Shown here: positions 47,917 to 58,981 of the stretch, in pieces
Layout of the letters: every line of letters starts with the position of its first letter
How positions within the stretch are numbered: the stretch's first letter is position 1
Source: Anthoceros angustus
Lineage: Eukaryota; Plantae; Anthocerotophyta
DNA length: 64,000 bases
Direction of reading: 5' to 3'
NCBI GenBank assembly: GCA_010909165.1
Contig: VJWM01000103.1
Coordinates: 558,001-622,000, forward strand
Program-made: the position numbers and the translations under genes
Notes under the pieces: model-generated
The model's input: only the letters and a program-made list of their open reading frames with translations
Database searches by the model: none
Told to the model about the DNA's origin: nothing

Positions 47917-49749
47917 ATGAAGGCAACCACAGCCTTGCTGCTGACTGTGGTCATCCTGGTGCCCCTGGCCATCACGGCGCCGGCCCTGCTCGTGTTATAC
48001 ACCAGCTCCTGTACGCTGGTGGATTACAGGGAGTCGGCGCTCCGATGGGACGCCGATGGCGCTGTTGACGCTGAGACGGGGTATGGCGGGCGGGTGCGGC
48101 TCGGGGGGAAGCTGTCGTCGTGCCGGAAGCCCCAGGTGCGGGGGCAGGGGCAGGGGCAGGGGCAGGGGAACTCGGCGCTGCAGCAGCCCATGAGCTACTC
48201 CGACGTGCGGCATGCGGTTGTGAAGGCGGTGCGGATCCAGGAGGCGGAGCTGGCGGAGCTGCGGGCGGCCAGCCCCGAGTTCGACCTCTCCGACCCCAGG
48301 CTCCACCAGGTGCTGCGGCTGGTGAAGAGGCTGACGCAAGGCTGGGCGGCGGTGCGGGATCCCGGGGGCGGGCTCCGCAGCGCCTGGTCCGTGCGCCACC
48401 TCCGCGACGCGCTCAACAACACCTCCCTCATGGCCTGCTGCGCGCACTTCCGGGTGGTGGACGGCCAGGTCCTGTTCCGCTACGGCACCTTCTTCATGCG
48501 GGCGCAGTACCGGCTGGACCGCGCCAACGACGCCGCCTCCTTCCTGCAGGCCACGGTGGATCGCTTCCGGCTGCGGGACGTGCGGGTGGAGTTCCTCTTC
48601 AACACCTGCGACCACGCCCTGACCAGAGAGGCCATGGCCGAGGGCAGCCGCTCCAACTACCTCGTCTGGTCCCCGCACGTGACCGAGGACCTAGACGCGG
48701 ATCTGCTGGTGCCCGACATGCTCGATCTCCGCCCGGCGTACATGCAGTCCCGGGACCAGATGGCGGAGCTCCGGGCCAACGGGCGGCGATGGCGGGACAA
48801 GATCTCCAAGGCCGTCTTCCGCGGCGCCACCACCAACTTCTGGATCCGCCTCTCCAACTGGGTGAGCAGCCCCCGGCTGCGCCTGCACCGCATGACGGAC
48901 GGCCTGGGAACCTTCCTGGACGCCCGCATCAGCCGCTGGAGCCACGTCCCGCAACCCACCATCCGCGACCTGGAGTCCACCGAGGGAATCCGCCTCGGGG
49001 ACCGCCTCAACGAGGCGCAGAAGAACGACTACAAATACGAGCTGGTGGTGGACGGCGGGCTCGGCGGGGGCCGCCTCTGCGGCGTCCTCGTCAGCGAGCG
49101 CGTGCTCATCCTTCAGGACTCGCCCTTCATCCAATTCTTCTACCCGCTGCTCAAGAAGGGCCGCCACTTCATGGAAACCGACCACTTGTACGTGCATTGC
49201 ATCCTTCCTTGTCTATCGGTTTGGTTTGGTTTGGTTTGATTTGGTTTGTGGAGGTTCTGATTGCATCGCGGAATATCAATGTGCAGCTTCCAGGACCTGC
49301 CGGAGGTGCTGCGCTACATGCAGGCACACGACGAGGAGATGCGCGAGATGGTGGAGAGGGTGCACAGGGAGCTGGGCTGGACCTGCAGCATCGATGGCCG
49401 GATGCTGGCATTCGCCGTGATTTTGGTGAGGTACCACGGCATCCAGGACCCGCTCTTCTTCACCACGGGCGTCTCCGACAGGGAGAGTCTGGAGCTGATC
49501 CAGCCCCCGAGTCCCGAGCAGAGGTGTCCCTTTGGGCCCGCCACGCAGGCCAGCCGCTACGCAAACCTCCCTGGAGACCCCAGGAAAACGTGCACGCTTC
49601 GACCCGAGCCTCGGGTGCTGGATCTTCCGGGCTGCCCCAGCGACTGCCACGACGGGCTGCAGGAGCCGGACTGGCGATGGCTGTCCGCGCACGATCTGGA
49701 CGGCCTCCCGGGCACGGACTGGTGGAAGACGTACATCCCGCAATCCTGA
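47917..49749 (+). CDS. Glycosyltransferase family 90, copy 2; intron 49188-49286
   Basis: Colinear paralogue of 40517-42421 with the same motifs, the same intron position and the same C-terminus (DWWKTYIPQS*). Confidence 0.85.
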
Positions 49750-50059
49750 CGCTGAAGCACATCTATTTCCGGAGCCGCGCGCTTCTTCCCTGCGCCAAGG
49801 CACGTTGCAACACTCTTTGTTCACGTTGCCTGTCACTGTGCGGCGCACGTCGGCGCTCGTCGCGCACGCCGACCACTTGCACACCCTACACCCAGACTCC
49901 CCAAACTCCCCGAACTCCCCAAACTTCTCACAATTTGTGAAGCCAAACTTCACAAATTGCGCGCATTGTACTTGTAATTGTGCAATTAGGGCAAGCAGGT
50001 TCATGGACAGATTCTCCAAGATGAGGCAAAAGTTGCACCCGATTCCATGACGTTTAATT

Positions 50060-50645
50060 GTGTGCCTCCTACAGGCATGGGCAAGTGTGGATAGCTCAGC
50101 TTTGGAGAAAGGAGAATGGGGAAGGAGAATGGGAAAGGACAGGGATTCAAAAGGTTTGAGAAACGTCCCTCGGAGAGGTGTGGTGATCTCAGGGCGCCAG
50201 GGTTGCAGGATACTCTCTGCAGCAGGGCATGGGACAGAATGCCTTTGGTCTATGAACGAGTACGCAGGAAGAGGGCACGGTTAAACCTGATTCTGTGACA
50301 TTTGTTTGCTTCAGCACGCATGTGCAAGCGCGGTTACCCCAGGCTTGCCACTTGATATGCAAAGTATGCATGTGGCGGCCTAGAGGATGCAGGGGGGTTG
50401 TGTTTCACGGCCTTATTCAGAAACGTGTGATATGCCATGATATCAGCATATGCTCAGCAGGCCATGGGGCAAGAAGCCCTTCGTCTCTACAGCCCTGGAT
50501 ATGCAACGAGAACGAATGGTGAGCACTCTGGATTCTGTACAGGTCCTCTGCAACCTTCGGGTGTGTCCGTTTTGCACAAGTTTGGGAAGGCAACTTCATG
50601 CACAGATTAAAGTGCCAAGGCCGGAAGCTGAAGTAGCTTGTAGCT
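50060..50645 (+). pseudogene. Decayed PLS-PPR fragment related to the PPR at 33254-36931
   Basis: Contains VCLLQAWASVDSSALEKG, gcaggatactct..cagcagggcatgggacag, cctgattctgtgacatttgtttgc and gggaaggcaacttcatgcacagattaaag, matching P/L motif DNA of the intact gene, with many indels. Confidence 0.8.
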
Positions 50646-51996
50646 AGCGTGAAGCTTGTATGTAGCCTTCGGCCTCAGGGTCATTGTAAGCTGAATCTTG
50701 AAACGTTGCACCATACAATCTTGTCAAACTACTCGTTCGTGCGATTCGAACGCAGTTATGTACGCCGCGCAGCTTCTTGAAGCTATCAGCCTCAACCGCC
50801 TCCCTGCCCCCCCCTTTGCCCGGGTGCCGTTGGGGGGCAGAGGGGGGGCCAGGGAGCCCGAATTGTGACATGGAAGAATTGTGGCGAGGACCAGCCAAGC
50901 CTCGTCGAAGCTGCAGGAGTCCGACGCTGGGGCTCATCGCTCATCGGAGTGTGCGCTAGCCACACTGCTCGAGCGAGTCGTAAACAATTCTTTGCTGAAA
51001 GAGTTGCGCTTATGCTTGTGAGTTATTGCTGTAGCTCCAGGAATCACCACCACCCTGCGCTCATTTGTCTGGGTCCGATAAAGAGGGCACGGGTAATCGA
51101 CTCTTCAACAGACCCTAAACCTTCCATGGTTGTAGCGAAAAAGATGTGTCCCAGCTTCTCTCGGTTACGACCTCCTGAATACCTACTCCTAAAAGGAGTC
51201 GCCCTGCATTTCCAGGCATGGAACTGGAACCATGTCCGGCTTCCATTTTTTTGGTGAATAATCTACTGCTCCTTTGCCTTACTCGTTTTCAGGCTTTCGG
51301 ATAGGCATGTGTTGCCTCCACCGCCACAGAGTCAGGTAGTATCACTTATCGGTGAGTCACTGGAACACGAGAGTTGCTCTTGTGCAGTATTCTCTGAGGT
51401 TGCCATTTGGCGGCATAAGAGTGAGACGCTGAAAATTTGAGCGAACAGAGAAAGGAGTGAGCGAAAGTCCGGGCCGGGTAATGGTCCAACGACATCTCTC
51501 AAGGGTCATTTGCACGCCCTAGAATGTGCTCCACGGTTTGAACCAGACCATCGTCGAAGTCTGAAGTCCGATATTTGAGAAGCTAGCGTTTTTCGAGGAA
51601 TTTATCTGGAAAGGAGCCTTTATTTCAGGAATCACTAGTACTGCAGTACTTCTTGGAGCATGGAAAGGGTAAGATAGATGTGCTTCTTCGCTCCCGGTTG
51701 CCGCTCTGGACAGATAGCGCAGGAAATTGGTGCAAATTTGGGCATAATGCAACAGCAACCAAGCTCTGGGATCATGGCAAACAGCGGCACTTCCAGTACC
51801 TCAAGTGCCTCAGTGGCGGGGGAGATACTTCAGGCCCCAGTGCCGCTGCGATTCCCTCCTGGCCGTGGGAAGCTTTGATTTTCCGTCTGCCAGCTTGCGG
51901 CCGCAGGACCTGGCCTCCACTGACTTAGAGTGGAGAGTCTGGCTTGTGAGATTGTGATCATCCCCTTTCTGTGCAGGCGTCTGTGACTTGGGTGGA

Positions 51997-53376
51997 ATGG
52001 AAGGGCTCACTGATATCCGAATGAATGCCTTGTCACTGGAAACTCTACTGAGTGTCGTCGACCTGAGGTCGAAAGCTTCAGACCATGGTTCTGTGTTTGA
52101 CATCAGGCTTCCAGATCTTTTGGACCAGCTCCCATCGCTCTTCTTCTCCAAGATCTCAGAGGAGGTTCTGGTTAACATCTTTTCCAGGTTGGAGGATGAT
52201 CCCAGGAACCTGGCTCGCCTTGCATGCGTTTGTGTTCGGTTTGCCAGAGTCATTAGACGTACTTTGTGGAGAAGGCAATGCCTGCGAGTGGTTCCTTCCG
52301 TAGTGTCGGATCTCTTGCCACAAGGTTCTTGTCTGTCCGGGCACAATGCTTCAGAACCACTTGGAGGCTGGGGCGGTCTTCAGAAGCTGCTGGTGTGCTG
52401 TCCTGGCCTTAAGCTTGCAGGTGCTATGCTGGAATGGTGGGACTTCGGCCTTGACAGAGAGCTGGGATCAAGTGAGAGTTATCAGACTGGGAAGAGGAAG
52501 ACCTGCACGCTGGACGAAGAACCTGCCCAAGTGAAGAGGAGCCAGCGTGGAACAAGGGTTATTACCTCAAGGAGTGAAGGGACTCCATTTGGGAGTTTGG
52601 CTGCAATTGCAATTAGGGGCAGAGCTGCATCTGCAAATTTTACGTTTCTCGAAGACGAAGTACCATGCATGAAGGGGAAGTTCGGGCAAACTAACAACGT
52701 GGCCGCTGATGGAGAGGATCCACATGCCAAGCCTGATGATGATAAGCTGATTTCTTTTGAGGAGAAGGGTCCCGGCCACAACGAACACAAACACCAGGCT
52801 GCTGCATGTGAAGTTGGCGGGCATCGTCCCCTGAATGTTTTCACAAATGAGATGGATTTGGGGCAAGCCAGGGAAACCTATTCATCCACTTCTGAGGACT
52901 CCAGAGTCAAAAAGGTGAAGAGAAAGAAGACGACAGGAAATTCAATAACCGAAGCCTGGATGACAAGTGGTGCATGTTGCTCTCATGAGGATCCACATCT
53001 GGCATGTGGTATATGGAACTTAACAAGAGAGCAAGGTGCGAAGCTGCTTGCACGCAGATTCCGAGCTGACATTCTGTACGTATGTGACTGGCCTGGGTGC
53101 ATCCATCCAGGGAAACGAAGGAAGTACAAGCTCTTCCGTGGTATGTTCAAGAATTTCAAATCGTCGCTTATCTGGCGAAACATTGGGGACTTGAAATCTA
53201 GGAAGACGGCTGTCCCTTGTGCCTTCTGCTCGTCTCCTGGAACTTGGGATATGGGCTCCACATTTTGCTTGAGGAGGTGGAACGAGTACCACGACGATGG
53301 AGAGCCTGTCGTCCGGGCTTATGTGTGTGAGAACGGCCACGTTGCTGGAGCTTGGACAGATCAACCACAGCTGTAG
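51997..53376 (+). CDS. EID1: EID1 (phytochrome A-associated F-box protein), intronless
   Basis: F-box EEVLVNIFSRLEDDPRNLARLACVC, GGW..L.KL.VCCPGL, DFGLDRELG, HLACGIWNLTREQGAKLLARRFR and FCLRR..YHDDGEPVVRAYVCENGHVAGAWT are all characteristic of EID1. Confidence 0.9.
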   Translation: MEGLTDIRMNALSLETLLSVVDLRSKASDHGSVFDIRLPDLLDQLPSLFFSKISEEVLVNIFSRLEDDPRNLARLACVCVRFARVIRRTLWRRQCLRVVPSVVSDLLPQGSCLSGHNASEPLGGWGGLQKLLVCCPGLKLAGAMLEWWDFGLDRELGSSESYQTGKRKTCTLDEEPAQVKRSQRGTRVITSRSEGTPFGSLAAIAIRGRAASANFTFLEDEVPCMKGKFGQTNNVAADGEDPHAKPDDDKLISFEEKGPGHNEHKHQAAACEVGGHRPLNVFTNEMDLGQARETYSSTSEDSRVKKVKRKKTTGNSITEAWMTSGACCSHEDPHLACGIWNLTREQGAKLLARRFRADILYVCDWPGCIHPGKRRKYKLFRGMFKNFKSSLIWRNIGDLKSRKTAVPCAFCSSPGTWDMGSTFCLRRWNEYHDDGEPVVRAYVCENGHVAGAWTDQPQL

Positions 53377-53842
53377 TGAAGGCGTAGCGCTGGCGCATCA
53401 CAATGTCCTCACCCTCGCTTCTGCTTGCTCAAGTCCCTGTGTGGCCCTGTGCTGCCGACCGCGCCTGCTGTGGCACGCGTGTGGTCAAGAGATGCTTTGT
53501 GTGGAAACGCTTAACGTTTCGAACGTTTTCGAGGCTATCTGTCAGAAACGTAAAACTCATAAGTAGAGTGCGGCGAGCCTCGAGGTCCCGGGTTAACCAA
53601 GGTAGTTAGGCGTCAGAAGTTGGTACTTTGATGTCAGCTGCGGTGTGTCTGCAAGCCATGTAGTTGGGTCTGTACTCGGTAGCAATGTAGTCTGTGAATT
53701 GCTCGGAGCTTTGAGTGCACATTTCTGTCTTCCCAAATGAGGGGCTGGCTTTCAGCTTGCCCACATCTTTTGCCGACTTCTGGCACTTTGCTCAGCATAT
53801 CAAGATATCACCCTGGGATTTCGGTTGATTGTTATTCAGGAG

Positions 53843-55513
53843 ATGGTGAAGAAGTTGACGATGCAGGCACATGTCGACTTTGCAGAACCTCAGGTGAGCG
53901 ACAATGCCTGGGATGGACCGTCACCTCCACACTTGCGTTGGTCCCCGTTAGCATCCCAAGAAGCTGCTGTAAACCTATTTTGTGCAGGCTGTTTTTGCTT
54001 TTCTGTTTGGGGACGATAAGTTCATGAAGAAGTATCACGGGGAGGTCAGTGAGGACTCACATGCTGAGGTATCAAGATGGTCAGCCGAGGGCGAACGCCT
54101 GGTCAAATTCGCAACTCCTCTGAATGCACCTTCAGTTGTGAAACGGCTAGTGGGTAAGACACTCCCAGGAATTTGTCCAAATTGTCTGGGTTGGTTCCAG
54201 TTTGCTGCTACCTGTTGAGAATGGGCTGAGAAGCGCAATTTGCGGGCACCAGTCGATAGCCCGATTTACTCTCCTGTCGGTTTCTTGGTAGTTGGTAGCT
54301 TACCTATGCAAAGCACTCACCTTACAAAACTGAGTGGAGTGGTTGCCCTCCCAAGGTAGTTGTTTCGGGAGGCTGCAGCAGGCCGTGGCCTGCTCAAGAG
54401 GCAACTCCGTTCATTTATGTGCTTTCAAGCTGGTAGAGCTTAGGGCTGATCAGTGCGTGGGATGAGTGAAACACTCTAGTTTATGGGCAACGTCGTGAGG
54501 ATGCGTTAGGACCAGGAAGTCTATTTTCTCTGGAAGAAGCAATTTGAGGTGAAGAGGACGTTGTGAAGTAGGTTTTTCCTTGCTAGAGCTTCGAAAGCTT
54601 TATTCCTTCCTGTTTGAATGTCCTTGGGGTTAGTAGCTGAATGTAGGTTGTTGTGGTGCCAGGTGCTGAGATTCTGAGGATCACTGACACTCAAAGGTAC
54701 TCGAAAGTTGGAAACCGTTTTCGAATACAATCCGACCCTGTTGTCAACATTCCGGGGGGAGAGAGATTCCGCACCAGTGCTGAGATCATTATCGAACCTG
54801 GATATGGCAAGAAAGGGACCCTTGTCACAATAAACATCGCTCTGGAGTTCAAAGCTGGTGTTTGGGGTGTTCAAGGTTGGCAATATGCTCTTCCACATGC
54901 ATACAGAAAACTGACTCGGTGAACCAAAAGTTCTTGCAAGGAAGGTATCCTGTGCACTTAAGAGGAATAGCATGGATCTCCAACTCACCTAGTTTTCTCA
55001 TGCCCAGGTACTATGGAAAATTTCATGGAAGATCAGGCCAGAAGGTCCTTCAAAGGATGGATAAAGATGGGGAAGGAATTTTGCCAGGAGGAGCTAGAGA
55101 AATCCGTTAGACTTGTTCACTCTCCCAGCGGATCTGATGAATCGGAATATCACGATTTGGAGAGACAGGACTCCGGGTCTCCCAACCCTTCCAAGGACGC
55201 ACCTCGTTCGGTGATCACTCTGGGTGGCGCTGGAGGTGGGCAGCAGCATTTAGAAATCTGGTTTGTTAACTCGGTTATGAGGGAACTGAATGGGATACAG
55301 ATGTCCACCAAAGTCTCAAAAGCCCATCTGGAAATGCTTCTCAGTAAGGTGCAGAAACTGGAGGACCAGTTGCATGTGATTCGGTTTTTGGTACAACAGA
55401 GACGCCCCATGTCCCCTCTACGTCAGACAACATGGGCGCTGTGTAGTTTAGGTGCTGCGGCTGCCGTGTACTTCGCTGTGAGACATGCTTACCTCAGAGG
55501 CCATCAACAGTAA
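53843..55513 (+). CDS. VASt (StART-like lipid transfer) domain protein with coiled coil and C-terminal TM (multi-exon)
   Basis: AFLFGDDKFMKKYH..VSRW...RLVKFATPL, TDTQRY, PGGERFRT, FKAGVWGVQG/MMENF..ARRSFKGW match a VASt fold; the protein ends with a hydrophobic tail WALCSLGAAAAVYFAV. Confidence 0.7.
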
Positions 55514-56405
55514 AAAGCTTTGCCGACGGGGCTGGGGGATTCTTCACCTGGACTGTTAAAAGAACTCGGCCCCGTAAAGCATTGCATCGGATGGTTTCAC
55601 GGTTTCATCCTCGCTGCCAGTGACGCGTCCTCACCTAGACGCGGTCTGGATTGGACCTCCCTGAACTGCGTCCATCTCCTTACGTCAGCGTTTATCCTTC
55701 TTGAGACAGCTAGTTTTCTCCCGAGGTGCGTGCGGGGTGAAGGCCTTACAAGTTCGAGAAAGAACGCAGAGCTCAGGTCCATATATGTACCAGCAGGCAA
55801 CGATGTCCCGGCATATTGAATTCCGTGTCGGCACAAGTCTCTTGCTTCAGCACGCTTCCAGCACAAGTATGTAGATAGCTTTCTTCAGCGCCATTGCAAT
55901 GTGATCAGTTTGATGCTGGACCTCTTCAGGACAATTCCACGTTTCCAACTTATGACTCACTAACTGAATGCGACTTGAAGCCGTACGGAAGGAATTCCGT
56001 GCCGGGCAGTGACCGGTTGATGTAGCCGCTCGATCAGGGACTCTGTGCTGGCCAATTCTGCGATGAAAGGATGAAATTCTACAATTCAACTTTCGCTGTC
56101 TAGCTGTGCCTGTGCTGTGGGTAGCCGTCGTGTTCTCTCCTATTCTTCCGTTCTTTGATGAGTTATTGTTTTCTGAGGCGGAGAAGCGTTTCTTCGAGAT
56201 TCATGCTGTTGTTTTACAAGCTTGTATTGGCTCAAGATGAAAGCAGTTTTGTGGTCTCTTCAAAGTTGGTGTATGTCCAGATTCTCTCCAGTACGTGTGT
56301 CGATTTGCTCTGATAGCTCCCATTCTGCTGACTTGAAGGGCTGGACAATCGCTAATTTTCCTTTCAGACCTTCTCCTACCTTTAGGCTGGCATGCTCCAG
56401 CAGAA

Positions 56406-57621
56406 ATGTCAAGACCTGTACCTGCCACGCTGAATCCAGCGGAGTCGGCTGGAATAGGAGCTCTGTCGGGAATAATTGAAGTATCGGTTGCTCAACCATC
56501 TGTGTACATAAAGAATGCCCTTCAGGTATCGTTGTGATCAGAGGATGGCAATGGGTGCTTTCCTGTCTTGTTCAGGCAGGTCAATCATTCAAGCCGGAAG
56601 TTCTGGCATGCTCTGATAGCATTGTGCACTTGTCTTGATTGCAGAATAACACCAACCTAACCCTGAACCCTCGAGTTCTGTACCGTGGCGTAGGAGTAAA
56701 TGCTGGGAGCATGGCTCCAATAAGTGCAGTCCAGTTCTACATGTATGGTCTCATAGAAAACAGGTTCGACGCAGAGGGTAAGCACAAGCATGTGCACAGC
56801 ATTACAGATTTTGTGATTTCGGAGATGGAAAGGTTTGTGTTTTGTCTCATGAGCAGCGGTTTTTGCTTTGATGTTCAGGAATTACAATGACAGACAGCCA
56901 AAGGCTGGCCGCGGCAGCAACAGCTGGGGCAGCATCAGCTGTTGTTGGCGGCCCAGCTGAGCTTGTCATGATACAGCAACAACACAGTGGGAATTCATTG
57001 CTCCAGCAGGTTCATAGGTTGAGACAACAGTACGGTTTCTCTAGGTTTTCACGGGGCATGGTGGGTGCGCTGCGCAGGCAGCAAGTCCTTTTCGTCCGTT
57101 CAGTTTCGCCCTGTAGACATATTCATTCTGATTGCAGTTGCATCTGTTGCAGTTGGTCACAGCAGGAAGAGATGGCATTTTCTCAGCTGCATACTTGGGG
57201 GCCACGCCGGCATTGCAGGAGAGGTTCAGCGATGGGTATCTATCAGAGCATCCAACGTTGGCTGCAATTCTTGCAGCTACTATCTCAGGCACAATTGCGG
57301 CTGTCATCAGTCAACCACTCGACACGGTTAAAACACGCATGCAAAGCAATTTAGACTCCACCTCGCATAGGTTTCTTTCTCCACCTTTCCGCCTGGAGTT
57401 GGTGCTCAAGAATGAAACTGAGCAGATTTTGCTGCCACAGGTCTTTCTTATCAACATGCAAGGAAATGTACAAAGGAGCAGGTTTCAGGACTCTGTACAA
57501 GGGCGCCATTCCAAGAACTCAGCGTATAGTTTGTGCTGTTTTTATTCTAGCGGAAGCTAAGGAACGACTGTCATCCATCTACGCTCAGACGGTTCGACAT
57601 CTCGTCACGGAGGCCAACTAG
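56406..57621 (+). CDS. Mitochondrial carrier family (SLC25) protein (multi-exon)
   Basis: Three carrier signatures (QPSVYIK, GPAELVMIQQQ, QPLDTVKTRMQ), plus LYRGVGVN, and LYKGAIPR in the last exon. Substrate not assignable. Confidence 0.85.
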
Positions 57622-57918
57622 CATTTTACTAGGTAGTAGAACTGTATTTTACTGGTTTCTAAGAACCTCAGATCCTATTGGAGGTTGTACTTGTGATGGG
57701 TCGAGCCTTTACTAGTATTTCACTAGTGGACCTCATATCACGGAGCCCGTTTACTGTGTTGGGGTCGATCCAATCACCTTTCATCCTAAAGGATATTCCC
57801 CATAATTTTACAGGTATTGAGTATCCCACAAGAAGACGGCGAAGTATCCACTAGGTACTACATAGCATAAGCACTGTAGGTAGCCAAACTGCAATCTCCG
57901 TCTCCAGCCTTGGCCGTA

Positions 57919-58981
57919 TTAAGTGTGAGCATCAAGCCAACCATAGATATCACGGAAAATGATTTCTAAGTTTTCAGCTGGTTCTCCTACCAATTGATGC
58001 CACATCCCCTTGTAGATGTGCAAAGTCTTGTCCTTGCTACCCGCTTTCTTGTACAGACTTTCACTGCCAGCAGGATCGGTCACAGTATCCAACTCCCCGT
58101 GAACTATCAAAAGAGGCACAGTCAAATCAGCTGCCTTCGCGTCGATCTCATCCACTACCCGTAGCATCTCCACGGCGGTCCCTAGACGGGGTTTCCCGGC
58201 ATACCTACGAAGTTTGTCCGGCAAAGGACCAGACACGTCAGCTGCTGCTCCAGAAGAGTTAGTTTCGGCCAGTAGACATCCAGTAAAAAAATTCATCCTG
58301 CGCTTACCTGATGGGATTGCTAGATGCCAGAGTTCGCTTCCAAGGATCCTTGAAAGATACTGTAGGAATATCTTTACTCGGTACTATCGCCCATGTTGGC
58401 ACAACATTTGCGACCCAAGGGAGCAAAACCTGTAGGAATGGAGAGGGCTTGAACTTGTCTGAAATACCAATCATTGCTCCGTTGAGAATAGCTCCAGTCC
58501 AAGCATTCGGTTGCCTGAGATGGATCAACAGAACAATGGCTCCTCCAAGAGACTCGCCGTACAAAAAAGCAGGCAAGTTGCTTGCATGTTTCTTCCTTGA
58601 GGAACCATAAAAGGAAATGCAATCATCCACCACAGGATTGATATCTGGAATATAGGCCCTCAGGCCATCAGACTTCCCATGGCCCTGGTGGTCAATGGCA
58701 TACACTGCAAAACCCCTCTTTGCAAAACCAATCGCAGTAAGCTGCACAAACCAGTTACTGTCAGCTCCATAGCCATGGCAAACCATAACAAGGCCCTTGA
58801 CCTCCTTGTCTTTCGGTATCCATGACTGAGTAAAAAGCGACATCTGTCGTGAGTTTTTGATGTAAGACTCGCAGTGCTCAACACCATGCCGAGCATAGAA
58901 CTCATCTGGGCTGTACTTCCCAAACAAACTCTCTGCGGAGGCATCCACACAAGGATGGATCATACTGTCTGGTGACGCCAT
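57919..58981 (-). CDS. Monoacylglycerol lipase / alpha-beta hydrolase, MAGL14/15-like, one intron
   Basis: CHGYG, DHQGHGKSDG..YIPDINPVVDDC, nucleophile elbow GESLGG, NGAM.GISDKFKP, SFKDPWKR, LIVHGELD (acid) and MWHQLVGE (His). Confidence 0.85.

Noticed and set aside
55520-56400. Possible small minus-strand gene between VASt and the SLC25 carrier
   Set aside because: All frames are interrupted, with no coherent splice model or recognisable motif; more likely UTR/promoter sequence.
57919-58981. Caffeoyl shikimate esterase, and a shikimate/lignin cluster with SK
   Set aside because: The motifs (YIPDINPVVDDC, NGAM.GISDKFKP, WHQLVGE) fit the MAGL14/15 clade rather than CSE, and SK is over 50 kb away.
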